Source: Candidatus Woesebacteria bacterium (lineage in GTDB: Bacteria; Patescibacteriota; Microgenomatia; UBA8517). From it: a stretch of 64,000 nucleotides of DNA. Below are positions 10,135 to 20,736 of the stretch, in pieces (position 1 is the stretch's first letter; every line of letters begins with the position of its first letter). Location of the stretch: positions 547,650-611,649 of the forward strand of contig CP066693.1 in NCBI GenBank assembly GCA_016432525.1. The letters are read 5' to 3'. The notes beneath the pieces were generated by a model. It was not told the origin of the DNA. It saw only the letters and a program-made list of their open reading frames with translations, and searched no databases. A program made the position numbers and the translations under genes.

Positions 10135-11205
10135 TTAGCTCTTAGCCTTGTCAAGGATGCTTAAAGGCAAAACAAAATGATAAGAATATTCTTTTTTAAT
10201 TCTTTCTAAACCCAAATTGATTAATCTTTGCATTTCTTTTGACTTAAAAACTTTTGTAAAAAAGAAATAAGGCTTTTCGCTGCTTCCCCATTGAACCTTA
10301 AAATTATAAGGTCCACCCCCTCTAGGTTTAGAAGATTGCCAATTAAAATATTTAAATTTATGCATTTTGGACCACTTCATTACTTGAAAAATTAATAAAT
10401 ACATTGCCCCATTTTTATAAGACTCTAAGCTTCCTGAGTAAATATAAGTATCAATTACACGTTTGGAATAAAGAGTAAGGCAGCCGGCAACTACCTGTTC
10501 GTTTTTATCTATTATAAAGAAAAATCTACCAAAATTATTCTGAACTAAAAATTTAATCGAATTTAAAAGTAGTTTTCTAGGTAGAGGAGTAACTGATAAT
10601 TCCTTGTGTCTTAGGCGATGTATTTTATACCAAGAATTAAAGTAATAAGTTGAGGTACTAGCAATAACCTTAAATCCATTATTTTTCGCTTTTTTAAGCA
10701 TTCTTTTTAAGTTATTTCGAAAGTGAGAATTGTTTCTTGGAATTGCTTGAAGGTCAATGTACAAAGTATAGTTTTCTAAATCGTAAGTTGGTTTCCAAAT
10801 CTTCCGATACAAATTAACATCAGGCCAAAAAGGTGAAGATATCAAAGTCGCAGCAATAGCATTTTCTTTTTTTGCAAATGTTGCTAGAGAACTGAATATT
10901 CTAGTATAGATCTCTACTTTTTTTTTCTTATAACCATTTTTTATAATGATTCCCCCCAAAGGTCCAGAGTATGGTACAGAATTAATAATATTTCCAAATT
11001 TTGACTTAAAAACAAAAAGAGGAAGTGCCCCTATTGTTTTATTTTCGTGAAACACTAAAATTACCCAAAATTTATCTTTTCCAAAACTCTCAATTACATG
11101 CGCCCAAAAAATACTCTGTTGAAAATAATAATTATCATTTTCTTCCAAAAACTTTTGATAAAGCTTAATATCTTTTGATCTTGACGATACGATAAGCGTT
11201 TTCAT
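10135..11205 (-). CDS. FemAB-family / Acetyltransf_6 (BioF2-like) acyl- or aminoacyl-transferase
   Basis: About 350 aa, GNAT-like duplicated fold pattern. Overlaps the DegT stop by 4 nt (translational coupling). This family commonly N-acylates amino sugars in glycan loci. Confidence 0.5.
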   Translation of the reverse strand: MKTLIVSSRSKDIKLYQKFLEENDNYYFQQSIFWAHVIESFGKDKFWVILVFHENKTIGALPLFVFKSKFGNIINSVPYSGPLGGIIIKNGYKKKKVEIYTRIFSSLATFAKKENAIAATLISSPFWPDVNLYRKIWKPTYDLENYTLYIDLQAIPRNNSHFRNNLKRMLKKAKNNGFKVIASTSTYYFNSWYKIHRLRHKELSVTPLPRKLLLNSIKFLVQNNFGRFFFIIDKNEQVVAGCLTLYSKRVIDTYIYSGSLESYKNGAMYLLIFQVMKWSKMHKFKYFNWQSSKPRGGGPYNFKVQWGSSEKPYFFFTKVFKSKEMQRLINLGLERIKKEYSYHFVLPLSILDKAKS

Positions 11206-12305
11206 TTAATAAGCTTAAAAAGCCCTTGGTTCAAAGTCCTAATTACATGTCTTTGATCTTTTGCTGTAAGTGAAGGATATATTGGAAGCAACATACTTGC
11301 TTTTTCTAAATACTCGCTATTTTCGAATTTAGCTTTGTAATTTTTATAGTATGGGTGTTTGTGTATGGGATAAATCCCCTCTTTTGCGATAATACCATTT
11401 TCCTTTAGAATCTTGATTAATTCATCTCGAATTTTTAAGTATTTTGGTTTCAGGCTAACAGGATAAGATTGCCAATTGGGTTTAGAAAAAGATTGTAATT
11501 TCACAGTATCTAAATAAGGGTTGTTTTTAAGGCTTTTTGTATAAAAACCAGAAATACTGTTTCTTTTGCTTAAAAATTTTTTTAAATTATTAAGTTGAAC
11601 TAAACCAATAGCCGACTGAATATCGGTAATTCTTAAATTAAAACCTAATTCAGTCAAAAGGTCGACATTATTTGTTCTTATTAATCCATGGTTTCGTAAA
11701 GATTTAATTCTTTCGATGAGTTTTCTGTTAGATGAAACAATCATTCCCCCTTCAGCAGTGGTTATAATCTTTCTGGGGTGGAAACTAAAACAAACAAGCT
11801 TTCCTTTAGATCCAATATATGAGCCTTTATATTTTGATCCCAACGCGCAAGCAGCATCTTCTATAACCGCAATTTTATTTTTTCTTGCAAATGCATAAAT
11901 TTGATCAAGATCACAAGGAAATCCAAATTGATGGACAACAATAATGGCTTTTGTTTTTTGACTAATTTTTTTTTGAATGTTTTTAAGGCTCATATTACTA
12001 TCTGCTTCTACGTCACAAAAAACTGGTTTTGCTTGAGTTAGATTTATTACATACGAAGAAGCTATAAAAGAATAAGATGGAGTAATTACTTCATCGTTTT
12101 TCTTAAGATCCAAAGTTTTAAGTGCTAAATATAAAGCTGCAGTGCCTGAAGATACAGCAACAGCATACTTAGCGTTTATGAATTTAGCAAATTCACTTTC
12201 AAATTTTTCAGTTTCAGGGCCGTTCATAATCCAACCAGAAGTAATCACTTTTTTTATTGCGTCAATTTCCTTTTTGCCTAGGTCAGGTTTTGAAATTGGT
12301 ATCAT
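11202..12305 (-). CDS. DegT/DnrJ/EryC1/StrS family PLP-dependent sugar aminotransferase (ArnB-like)
   Basis: MIPISKPDLGKKEIDAIKKVITSGWIMNGPETEKFESEFAKFINAKYAVAVSSGTAALYLAL is the classic DegT N-terminus; a presumed PLP-binding lysine lies downstream. Confidence 0.85.
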   Translation of the reverse strand: MIPISKPDLGKKEIDAIKKVITSGWIMNGPETEKFESEFAKFINAKYAVAVSSGTAALYLALKTLDLKKNDEVITPSYSFIASSYVINLTQAKPVFCDVEADSNMSLKNIQKKISQKTKAIIVVHQFGFPCDLDQIYAFARKNKIAVIEDAACALGSKYKGSYIGSKGKLVCFSFHPRKIITTAEGGMIVSSNRKLIERIKSLRNHGLIRTNNVDLLTELGFNLRITDIQSAIGLVQLNNLKKFLSKRNSISGFYTKSLKNNPYLDTVKLQSFSKPNWQSYPVSLKPKYLKIRDELIKILKENGIIAKEGIYPIHKHPYYKNYKAKFENSEYLEKASMLLPIYPSLTAKDQRHVIRTLNQGLFKLIK

Positions 12306-12311
12306 CTCAAA

Positions 12312-13286
12312 TTAAAGAGGTTCCTTGATATTATTGTCCCTATACCAAGCTATAGACTTTAAAAGCCCACTTTCTAAATCAACTTTAGGTTGATATCTCA
12401 AAATTTCTTCAGCTTTTTGAACATTAGGAACTCGCAAATCTATATCAACACCCTTATGTGGTACAAAAGATATTTTAGATTTAGAATTGGAAAGCCTGAT
12501 TATTATTTTTGCCAAGGAAAGTATTGTAACAGTACCTTCTGGATTACCAACATTAAAAATTTCTCCTAAAGCTTTCTTTTCCTGGGCTGCAGTAAGTGTT
12601 GCGCTCACCAAATCATCAATATAGCACCAAGCCCTGATCTGGTTTCCATTTCCAGTTACCTCGATTGGTAAATTTGAAAGAGCCTTTCTAATAAATATCT
12701 GGATTGCACCTTCACCTACTTGCCCAGGACCGTAAATATTAAAAGGCCTAATCGATGTCAAAGGTAATTTAAATTCTTGTGAATAAGAAAATACCAAACT
12801 TTCACCTGCAAGTTTACTAATTCCATAACACCACCTCATCTGTTTAAGTTCCCCTTGTGCAGTAGGTGCGTCCTCTTTTACACCAAAAACAGTTGGGCCA
12901 TATACCTCACTGGTAGAAAAATATATAAACCTTTCAATAGGTAGATCTTTTACAGATTGTAATACATTATATGTACCAACAGCATTCACCTCCATAGTTT
13001 TTGTTGGTTGACGATAATAATCAGTTACCCCAGCCATAGCAGCTAAATGAAATACTATCTGAGGTTTAAAAAAAGAAGTTACTCCTCTTAGTAAATTAGC
13101 ATCCAAAATGTCACCTTTGACAAAATTAACATCAGAAATACCATTTTCTTTTGGAAAATATTTCATAGCATCTCTACGCAAATTATCATAGACAACAATA
13201 TCATTATTTGCTGCCAGCTTTCTAACTAAAGTTGAACCTATAAAACCTGCTCCTCCTGTTATTAGAATTCTCTTATTTTTAATCAT
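12312..13286 (-). CDS. NAD-dependent sugar epimerase/dehydratase (UDP-glucuronate decarboxylase / ArnA C-terminal domain-like)
   Basis: Rossmann motif ILITGGAGFIGS; YxxxK catalytic pair (YGISK). Confidence 0.85.
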   Translation of the reverse strand: MIKNKRILITGGAGFIGSTLVRKLAANNDIVVYDNLRRDAMKYFPKENGISDVNFVKGDILDANLLRGVTSFFKPQIVFHLAAMAGVTDYYRQPTKTMEVNAVGTYNVLQSVKDLPIERFIYFSTSEVYGPTVFGVKEDAPTAQGELKQMRWCYGISKLAGESLVFSYSQEFKLPLTSIRPFNIYGPGQVGEGAIQIFIRKALSNLPIEVTGNGNQIRAWCYIDDLVSATLTAAQEKKALGEIFNVGNPEGTVTILSLAKIIIRLSNSKSKISFVPHKGVDIDLRVPNVQKAEEILRYQPKVDLESGLLKSIAWYRDNNIKEPL

Positions 13287-13364
13287 CTTCTAAGATCTAC
13301 CTAAATCGAGATAGATAATTGCACATTTTTTTAATTTGGTCTAGAGTCAGTTCAGTGCGCTAGC

Positions 13365-14066
13365 CTATAAAAGCTGCTGTCTAAGAGAGATGAGATCTCT
13401 TAAATAGCGTAGATATCTTATTGGATTATTGTATTTTGACGACCCAGCAGTTCTCCTGTGAAATACGGCTTTCTGCTGTTTAAATTTAAATCCTTTTCTG
13501 TACAATTTAATAAGAAGTTCAGCTGGGGCAAAGGTATCTTCTGAGTGGATATGTATATTTTTTAAAACATTTTTTCTGTATAGCTGTACAAAATGAAAGT
13601 CATTTATTGGAACGTTAAAGAAAATTTTTACTAGAGTATAACTTACTAAAGAGGTAATTTTTCTGAAAAAAGGATTTGCAGATCTGTCTTTTCTAGTAAA
13701 AACTACAACATCGCTCGTTTCCATCTTGTTTGTCACTTTATTTAAATCAGATAAATCAAATGGTTGATCAGCCGAATTATGAAAAACCCATTTATATTTA
13801 GCGATTTTAAAGCCATCGAGTATAGATTTTCCAACACCTAAATTCTTTTTATGGGTGAGTATAACTATATGTTTCTTCTCTTTTTTGAGTTTTTGCAATA
13901 TGAAAGCAGTTTTATCTTCAGACCCATCATCAACTACAATAATCTCATATTTTTTGCATAGTTTTTGTAACTCTTTTGTATAAATTCCAATTGTTTCTTT
14001 GATTACCTCTTCCTCATTAAGTACTGGAACAATTAAAGATAGGGATTCGATTCTCTTCGCTTTCAT
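13365..14066 (-). CDS. GT2 polyprenyl-phosphate sugar synthase (DPM1/ArnC/GtrB-like)
   Basis: LSLIVPVLNEEEVI...YEIIVVDDGSEDKT GT-A signature. Overlaps the stop of the upstream GT-C gene by 4 nt. Confidence 0.75.
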   Translation of the reverse strand: MKAKRIESLSLIVPVLNEEEVIKETIGIYTKELQKLCKKYEIIVVDDGSEDKTAFILQKLKKEKKHIVILTHKKNLGVGKSILDGFKIAKYKWVFHNSADQPFDLSDLNKVTNKMETSDVVVFTRKDRSANPFFRKITSLVSYTLVKIFFNVPINDFHFVQLYRKNVLKNIHIHSEDTFAPAELLIKLYRKGFKFKQQKAVFHRRTAGSSKYNNPIRYLRYLRDLISLRQQLL

Positions 14067-15940
14067 AATTTAGAAAAAAAACTACTAATAATTATAAATA
14101 ATATAGTAGAAAACATAATTAGCAAACCAATAATAAAACTTTCTGGCCTGTATATAAGATCAATATATCTTCCTTTGCCATTAGACTTTACTTGAATTGT
14201 TCCTACAACAGTTTCGTTAACAGGTATTTTCCCGCCATCCATATAAGCGCTCCACCCAGAATTGTAAACTTCAGGAATATTGATTTGGTTATCAGAAGTG
14301 TCAAATCTAATCTTATTTGGTGAATAAATTAAATAATTCGGATTTGTAAAAAGTTCGTTTTTATAGATTAAATAACCATCAATTTTATTAACAAAAGAAA
14401 GATTTTTTCTATCAATTTCGTAAGGAGAAATAACGTATTTGACTCTGAAAGTCGTTAAAGATGGAGGATAAGGTCTAAACTTTTCGTAATTATAAATTTC
14501 ATAAGGCGGGATAGCCAAGGTATACTTATTTCTCCAAAAAGCTTGATAAAGTTGCTGAGAATAATCATAATAATTTTTTTGTTGTAATGTTCCATATCCA
14601 TCCACGGATTGGATATTATAAATGGCCAATTTTTTTTGAGATAAACACTTTGTAGTGCACAAAACTCTAAAATTATCTTTATCCTCTTTTAAAAATAGAT
14701 AAATCCGGTTCGAAACTAAATCATAATTTGAATCAATCGGTTTCATCATTTTTATCCATGAGGTAATTAAAAGCTCACCACATGTAATTAAAGCCAAAAA
14801 AATTACTAAAACTTTATATTTAGTATGACAATACATCTCGAAAGCAAATCCCGCCAAAAACAAAACTAAAAAAATAACAATAAACCAGAATCTTGTAGAT
14901 ACTCTCAGTAGCAAATACCAATTTTGGGATAGTAATGATTGATAAATAGGCGAAACGTTGTTCAAGCTTATTGGAATTACTATCAAAATAGAAAAACCGA
15001 TTAAAATTTTTAGTTTTCTTCTAATTTGCAAAAAACCAAAAAAGGCGAGTATTAAAGTACCCAACCCCAAAGCAATACATTTTTCAGTATCAAGATTCCA
15101 TAAAAATCTATAACCTAAAAAAATAGGGGACACACTCGAAATAAAAAAATCCCTTAATCCTGACCATTTTGGATAAACATCTGGATTTGTGATCAAAAGA
15201 AGTCTTGTAGTTTCATGGCTCCATTCAAGTTGTGGGAGAAACGCTATTGAAATAAGACCAAACATAAAACCAAAGGCTACTAAAAAGTAGATTATTTTTT
15301 TTCTGAAATCTACTCTTTTGGTCAAGATTAGAAAAAGGTAAACAAAAAAAACACATATTACTGATATCGAAAAAATTAAAACGTGAGTAAAAAAAATAGC
15401 TGCCAAACTTATTGCCAAAAATATAGACTTCTTAATTGTAGGTTTAGAAAAAAGAAGGACTGTAAATAAAAATACCCATGGAAGCCAACCGTAAGAATAA
15501 ATAAGCCCTAAATGTCCTGCTTCTACATATGCAGAAAGTTTAGGAGAAAAAACATAAAATGCTGCCAAAACAAGACTTGTATTCTCACTAAATTTAAACC
15601 CTTTCTTAGATAGTAGATAAATTCCCAAAGTAGCCCAAAATATATGTAAAAAAACGCTTACTAAAAAGGCAGTATCTAAATTCAAAAAAAGAAAAATAAA
15701 ATTAGGAATATAAAAAATCGGCGATTGGGGATCTGTAATCAACGGCATCCCAGAAAAAAATAAATTATTCCAAAGTGGAATTGAGTGATTGATCAAAAGT
15801 TGTGATTTAACAAAAAAAATTGTGGGCCAAAAAAATTCCTCTAAGTCATTTCCTCTTGATACCAAAATAGAGGGATACATTATAAAAGGAAGACACGTTA
15901 AAACCGCTAAAAAAAACAAAATCATTAATGATTTTTTCAT
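14063..15940 (-). CDS. GT-C fold membrane glycosyltransferase (YfhO/ArnT-like)
   Basis: 625 aa with about 13 TM helices and a C-terminal periplasmic domain. N-terminal region resembles YfhO-family loop motifs. Paired with an ArnC/GtrB-like GT2. Confidence 0.5.
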   Translation of the reverse strand: MKKSLMILFFLAVLTCLPFIMYPSILVSRGNDLEEFFWPTIFFVKSQLLINHSIPLWNNLFFSGMPLITDPQSPIFYIPNFIFLFLNLDTAFLVSVFLHIFWATLGIYLLSKKGFKFSENTSLVLAAFYVFSPKLSAYVEAGHLGLIYSYGWLPWVFLFTVLLFSKPTIKKSIFLAISLAAIFFTHVLIFSISVICVFFVYLFLILTKRVDFRKKIIYFLVAFGFMFGLISIAFLPQLEWSHETTRLLLITNPDVYPKWSGLRDFFISSVSPIFLGYRFLWNLDTEKCIALGLGTLILAFFGFLQIRRKLKILIGFSILIVIPISLNNVSPIYQSLLSQNWYLLLRVSTRFWFIVIFLVLFLAGFAFEMYCHTKYKVLVIFLALITCGELLITSWIKMMKPIDSNYDLVSNRIYLFLKEDKDNFRVLCTTKCLSQKKLAIYNIQSVDGYGTLQQKNYYDYSQQLYQAFWRNKYTLAIPPYEIYNYEKFRPYPPSLTTFRVKYVISPYEIDRKNLSFVNKIDGYLIYKNELFTNPNYLIYSPNKIRFDTSDNQINIPEVYNSGWSAYMDGGKIPVNETVVGTIQVKSNGKGRYIDLIYRPESFIIGLLIMFSTILFIIISSFFSKL

Positions 15941-16119
15941 TTAATATCTTTGGGCATAGATTTTAGTATAATCTAGAAAAAATATGAACAGCAGAATTTT
16001 GATTCTAATATCTTTTTTTGGATTTCTAATCATTTCATTTATGCTACTCACCAATCATTGGGGTATCGCAATAAGAATTATAAATTATTTGTTTTTCTTA
16101 CTATTATTTATAGTTTTAT

Positions 16120-18762
16120 ATGAATTTTTTAAAACAAAATAAAAAACTTATTTTTTTTCTAATTCTTCCCATCGTTCTAATTTTTAGAAATTTTTTGATT
16201 AAAGGTCCAACAATATGGGGAGACGCCCCCTATTTTTTCAAAGAAGGTTTAGCTGAGCTCACTTTTCCCATGTCTGCACAAATCTCTAGGGGAAACCCAT
16301 TTGGCGGAGTTAATAATTTTTTATGGATATACCCGTTAATGTATATTTATGGTTTCTTAGGAAAGTACCTTAATCTCGGAAACGACATAATTATAAGAAT
16401 TCTTTTCTATCTTCCCTCTATTGTGTTTTCTGTTATAGGTTCAATCCTGCTTGCAAAAAAATTCAAATTCTCAAAAAAAGTTCAGTTCTTTACAGCTCTA
16501 ATCTACTTAATAAACACATACTATCTTTTACTGGTTGATGGCGGACAAGTGGGTATAGTTTTATCTTATGGAATCTTTCCTTTGGCTACGGTTTGTTTTT
16601 TAAATTTTCTAGAACTACCATCTGTTTTTACTTTCCTAATCTCACTATTAACACTTCAGCTTCTGACAATTGCTGATTTCAGAATAGCAGCTATCTGTAT
16701 TTTTTTTAGTTTTCTGATTGACAGCAGAAAAAACTTTAAATCGTTAATTTATTTATTAGTCTCCCTAGTAGCTATCAATAGTTATTGGCTTATTCCAGCT
16801 TTAAAAATATCTCAACCAGAAGTAAGTAGTGCATCTTCCTTGCAATTAGTATCCCTCTTAAATCCATTTTTTTTATTTCAACCACATTGGCCTGGAAATA
16901 TTTTTGGTAAAGTAAACCCTCCAAATTTTTACTTTGTAGGCCTTCCTTTTCTAATTTTTTTACCATTATTGCTAAAAAAAGCTAACAAAACTCTTTTAAA
17001 ATTTTATCTAATTCTTCTTTTGTTTATTTTTTTATCAAAAGGTGAGACTTATCCCGCAGGATTCTTCTACAGATTTTTTATAAACAAAATTCCATTTGGA
17101 TCAGTATTTCGAGATTCCACTAAATTTTTTATTCCTCTCGTTTTAATTTCAGGAATTTTTATTGGGAAAAGTGTAGAAATTATAAAATCCAAACTCTTTG
17201 CATTTTTGGTTTTTATTTACATATTATTTCTGATTAATCCGGTTTTAATAGGAAAGATGAACGGCATATTAGGAAAAATTCCAAATACTTCAAATTTTAG
17301 CAATTTATACGAATATGTTTCTCAAAAAGAGGGATTTTTCAGAACTGCATACTTTCCAGAGCAAAGTCCGTTTACATTTCATACGGAAGAAAAACAGGCT
17401 CTAAACGCAAAAGATCTTACAAATTTTAGACCTTTCGCCTCTATAAATGTCGGTACCGGCGATCGATTTAATTTTATAAATAATAACGAATATCTGGATT
17501 GGTTTGATATTTTGGGAATTAAGTATTTAATATTTTCAGGGAACCCTCGTCAACCAGTTTTGGATAAATCAGATCAAAAAGATTGGGATAGATTGCTAAA
17601 TCTTGTTAAGAATAATAAAAATCTAGAAAAAATAAATATTGGCACCAATCTTCCAATTTTTCAGACAAAATCATCCAAACAGCATTTGTATGGTGTTTCA
17701 AAAATGTATTTAGTAATTGGTCCTGATGATATTTACCAAAGGATTAGAAAAGTAAACAAAAACTTTTTAATTGGAAATCAAGGCTTTTTGTTTGTAGAAG
17801 ACGGAAAACTAAATCTAGAAGAACTAACAAATCTTCCCGATAAATCTCTAAATTTGATTTTCGACGACAAAGGTATAACGGATTTAAAAATGGGATTCTT
17901 GAAAAGTTCATTTGTGAATCCAGACATGTCCACAACATCACAATGGGCAATAAGAAGACCTGAGGATTATTTAAACTGGAAATACGAACTCCTCATAAAT
18001 AAGATAGATACCCACGATTTTGACTATAATCTCGGGGTCGCTTTTTCTTCTCAACCATCAGAAGAAATTAAATTTAACGTAAGTACCTCAAGTAGCGGAG
18101 AGTATTATCTATTAGTTAGAAATATGTCAGCAGAGAATTCTCAAGATCTGAAATGGGAAATTGAAAATTATCAAGGAAGTATAAAAAATACTAAAAGCAA
18201 AAATTTTCAATGGTCAGAAGTTGGCCCTCTCAAATTAAAGGCTGGGCAATATACATTAACTTTTAAAAATACAAAAGGGTTTCAAGTTCTAAATACTTTC
18301 GTATTAGTTAATAAAAAAGATTTAGAAGAAGCGTTGTCAAAAGCAAATAATTTAGTTAATCGTTTTGAAAAAATAGATCTCACCAAAACAGATATCGATA
18401 AAATAAATAATATCAACACTCTTTTCCAAAGTTCCTGGGTAAAAATAAATTTTACAAAAATAGACAGCGAAAATTACAGAATTGAAAATCCTAAAAATAA
18501 TTTTTGGATTATTTTTTCAGATAAATTTGAGAAAAATTGGAAGGTTAAAACAATGAGCGACTATATAGACCCTTTACCTGTCTACTCCATGCTCAACGCC
18601 TATTATATAAATAATACAAAATCAGAACTTAATTTAATCTACACTGGTCAAAAATATGTCGATCAAGGAATATATTTATCAATTGTTTCCTCTCTAATTA
18701 TTTTAGTGATTCTAGGTTTTATTTTTCTAAGAAACAAAAAAAGATTTAAGAAGGCAAAATAA
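16120..18762 (+). CDS. Large polytopic membrane protein, GT-C-like (880 aa), C-terminal TM anchor
   Basis: N-terminal multi-TM region, large soluble domain, terminal hydrophobic helix (YLSIVSSLIILVILGFIFL). Convergent with a GT2 gene. Confidence 0.45.
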   Translation: MNFLKQNKKLIFFLILPIVLIFRNFLIKGPTIWGDAPYFFKEGLAELTFPMSAQISRGNPFGGVNNFLWIYPLMYIYGFLGKYLNLGNDIIIRILFYLPSIVFSVIGSILLAKKFKFSKKVQFFTALIYLINTYYLLLVDGGQVGIVLSYGIFPLATVCFLNFLELPSVFTFLISLLTLQLLTIADFRIAAICIFFSFLIDSRKNFKSLIYLLVSLVAINSYWLIPALKISQPEVSSASSLQLVSLLNPFFLFQPHWPGNIFGKVNPPNFYFVGLPFLIFLPLLLKKANKTLLKFYLILLLFIFLSKGETYPAGFFYRFFINKIPFGSVFRDSTKFFIPLVLISGIFIGKSVEIIKSKLFAFLVFIYILFLINPVLIGKMNGILGKIPNTSNFSNLYEYVSQKEGFFRTAYFPEQSPFTFHTEEKQALNAKDLTNFRPFASINVGTGDRFNFINNNEYLDWFDILGIKYLIFSGNPRQPVLDKSDQKDWDRLLNLVKNNKNLEKINIGTNLPIFQTKSSKQHLYGVSKMYLVIGPDDIYQRIRKVNKNFLIGNQGFLFVEDGKLNLEELTNLPDKSLNLIFDDKGITDLKMGFLKSSFVNPDMSTTSQWAIRRPEDYLNWKYELLINKIDTHDFDYNLGVAFSSQPSEEIKFNVSTSSSGEYYLLVRNMSAENSQDLKWEIENYQGSIKNTKSKNFQWSEVGPLKLKAGQYTLTFKNTKGFQVLNTFVLVNKKDLEEALSKANNLVNRFEKIDLTKTDIDKINNINTLFQSSWVKINFTKIDSENYRIENPKNNFWIIFSDKFEKNWKVKTMSDYIDPLPVYSMLNAYYINNTKSELNLIYTGQKYVDQGIYLSIVSSLIILVILGFIFLRNKKRFKKAK

Positions 18763-19450
18763 AGTCATAATTCCGTATTTTACAGATCTATAAAAATTTA
18801 TAGAAGAAGAATCAGCAAGATATCGTACAGGGACAGGAATTTCTCCAATTTTAAAATTATTTTTAATAGAATAAATAAGTATTTCCTGGTCAAAAACAAA
18901 ATCATCAGAAAATCTATGGAAGGGAATTTTTTTTAAAACTCTTTTATCAAATGCTCTAAACCCTGTGTGGTATTCAGATAAATTTTGACCTAAAAAAATA
19001 TTCTCAATTATTGTCAAAAAACGGTTTGAAATGTATTTATAAAATGGCATTCCTCCTTCCAAACTTTCTTTTCGAGTTCTTATTCTTGAACCCAACATAA
19101 TATCAAATCTATTATCTATAATTGGTTTCACTAAATCATAAGTTAAAGAACTATCATATTGATAATCGGGGTGAATCATAACGACTATATCAGCACCTTC
19201 GTTTAAAGCAAGAGTGTAACAAGTTTTTTGGTTACCACCATAACCTCTATTCTGTGGGTGAATAAACGTTTTTATGTTTAACTTTTTAGCAAGCTTTACT
19301 GTTTTATCCCTACTTCCATCGTCAACTAAAATTACTTTATCAGCCACTCCCTTAGGTATATCCTCATACGTCCTTTTGAGAGTTTTTTCTGCATTATATG
19401 CGGGCATTACTATTACAATAATGGGCTTTCTTATACTCTTTCTGTTCATA
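18727..19450 (-). CDS. GT2 glycosyltransferase (polyprenyl-phosphate sugar synthase-like)
   Basis: KPIIVIVMPAYNAEKTLKRTYEDIP...VILVDDGSRDKT. The likely start is the internal Met (MNRKSIRK) at 19450 rather than the ORF-track start at 19515. Confidence 0.75.
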
Positions 19451-19467
19451 TTTGATATTATATAACC

Positions 19468-20736
19468 ATGGAAATCCAAGTTAAAAAAATAATAAAAACT
19501 GCAACAATTGTACACTCATTTGCTACACTTTCAGGAACTGCTATTAATTCAATTCTAGGTCTCGGGTTTTATATAATTCTGGCAAGATTTTTAGGAGCAC
19601 AAGCTTTCGGAGTTTTTTCAATTTCAGTAGTCACTCTCACTTTAATTTCAGATATAGCAAGTTTAGGAACAGATACTGGAATCATCAATTTTGTAGGTAA
19701 ATATATTAATAAAGATAAAGAAAAAGCTCTAAAATTTCTAAAACTAGGACTTAAAATAAAATTATTAGTTGGTACTTTAGTAATTATTGTTGGTTGGATT
19801 ATTGCTCCATTTGTAGCCACTTATCTATTAGCAAAACCAGAGCTTGAGTTTCCTTTACGACTTGCCCTCCTTGGAGCTTTTATTGCACTTCTTTTCTCAT
19901 TTGCTACTAGCTCTCTACAAGCAGTACAAAAATTTTGGATTTGGTCCGCAGTAAATATAAGTTCAAATTTATTAAGGCTCATAATTATTTTAACTTTATT
20001 CTCAGCCGGTCTTCTAAGTGTCAACTTAAGTATTCTTACATATGTCACTATTCCATTACTCGGTTTTTTTATGTCTTTATATTTTTTGCCACCTTTTTTA
20101 AAAGCAAAAAACGAAAACTCTGTCAAAAATGAATTTTTTCATTACAATAAATGGGTAGCAGTTTTTATTTTAGTCGCTGCAATTTCTGGCCGTCTCGACA
20201 CCTTTTTAGTTACAAGAATTCTAACTCTTAAAGATGTTGGAATTTATTCTGTTGCTGTTACCCTTTCATCCATAGTCCCTCAAATAGTATCAGCAATAGC
20301 AACAGTAGTAGCTCCTAAAATTGCGGGATTTGATACGAAAGAAAAAGTCATTCTATATTTAAAAAAATTACAAATTTTTGTCACAAGTCTTTCCATTTTG
20401 GGAATATTAAGTGGAATCTTAGTTGGATATATTTTTATCACTAGATTTTATGGAAAGAATTACCTTGATAGTTTTGTTCCCTTCGTAATTTTGCTCATAG
20501 CTCAAGCATTGTTCTTAATTTCGATTCCTGCTCACACAGCAGTTTTTTATTATTTTTCTTATCCAAAACTTTTTGTTTTAGTAAGTCTTGTTAATCTTTC
20601 AATTATTGGAATAGGTGGATGGTTTTTAACTTCCAACTTTGGATTTATTGGAACAGCAATGGCAGTATTAATCGGAAATATTTCAAATTTTGTAATTTCA
20701 GCTATTTGGGTAATTTCTAGATTTAGAAAACAATGA
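19468..20736 (+). CDS. Wzx-type oligosaccharide flippase (MOP/polysaccharide biosynthesis protein family)
   Basis: 422 aa, about 12 TM helices, typical composition and length of Wzx/RfbX flippases. Confidence 0.65.
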   Translation: MEIQVKKIIKTATIVHSFATLSGTAINSILGLGFYIILARFLGAQAFGVFSISVVTLTLISDIASLGTDTGIINFVGKYINKDKEKALKFLKLGLKIKLLVGTLVIIVGWIIAPFVATYLLAKPELEFPLRLALLGAFIALLFSFATSSLQAVQKFWIWSAVNISSNLLRLIIILTLFSAGLLSVNLSILTYVTIPLLGFFMSLYFLPPFLKAKNENSVKNEFFHYNKWVAVFILVAAISGRLDTFLVTRILTLKDVGIYSVAVTLSSIVPQIVSAIATVVAPKIAGFDTKEKVILYLKKLQIFVTSLSILGILSGILVGYIFITRFYGKNYLDSFVPFVILLIAQALFLISIPAHTAVFYYFSYPKLFVLVSLVNLSIIGIGGWFLTSNFGFIGTAMAVLIGNISNFVISAIWVISRFRKQ

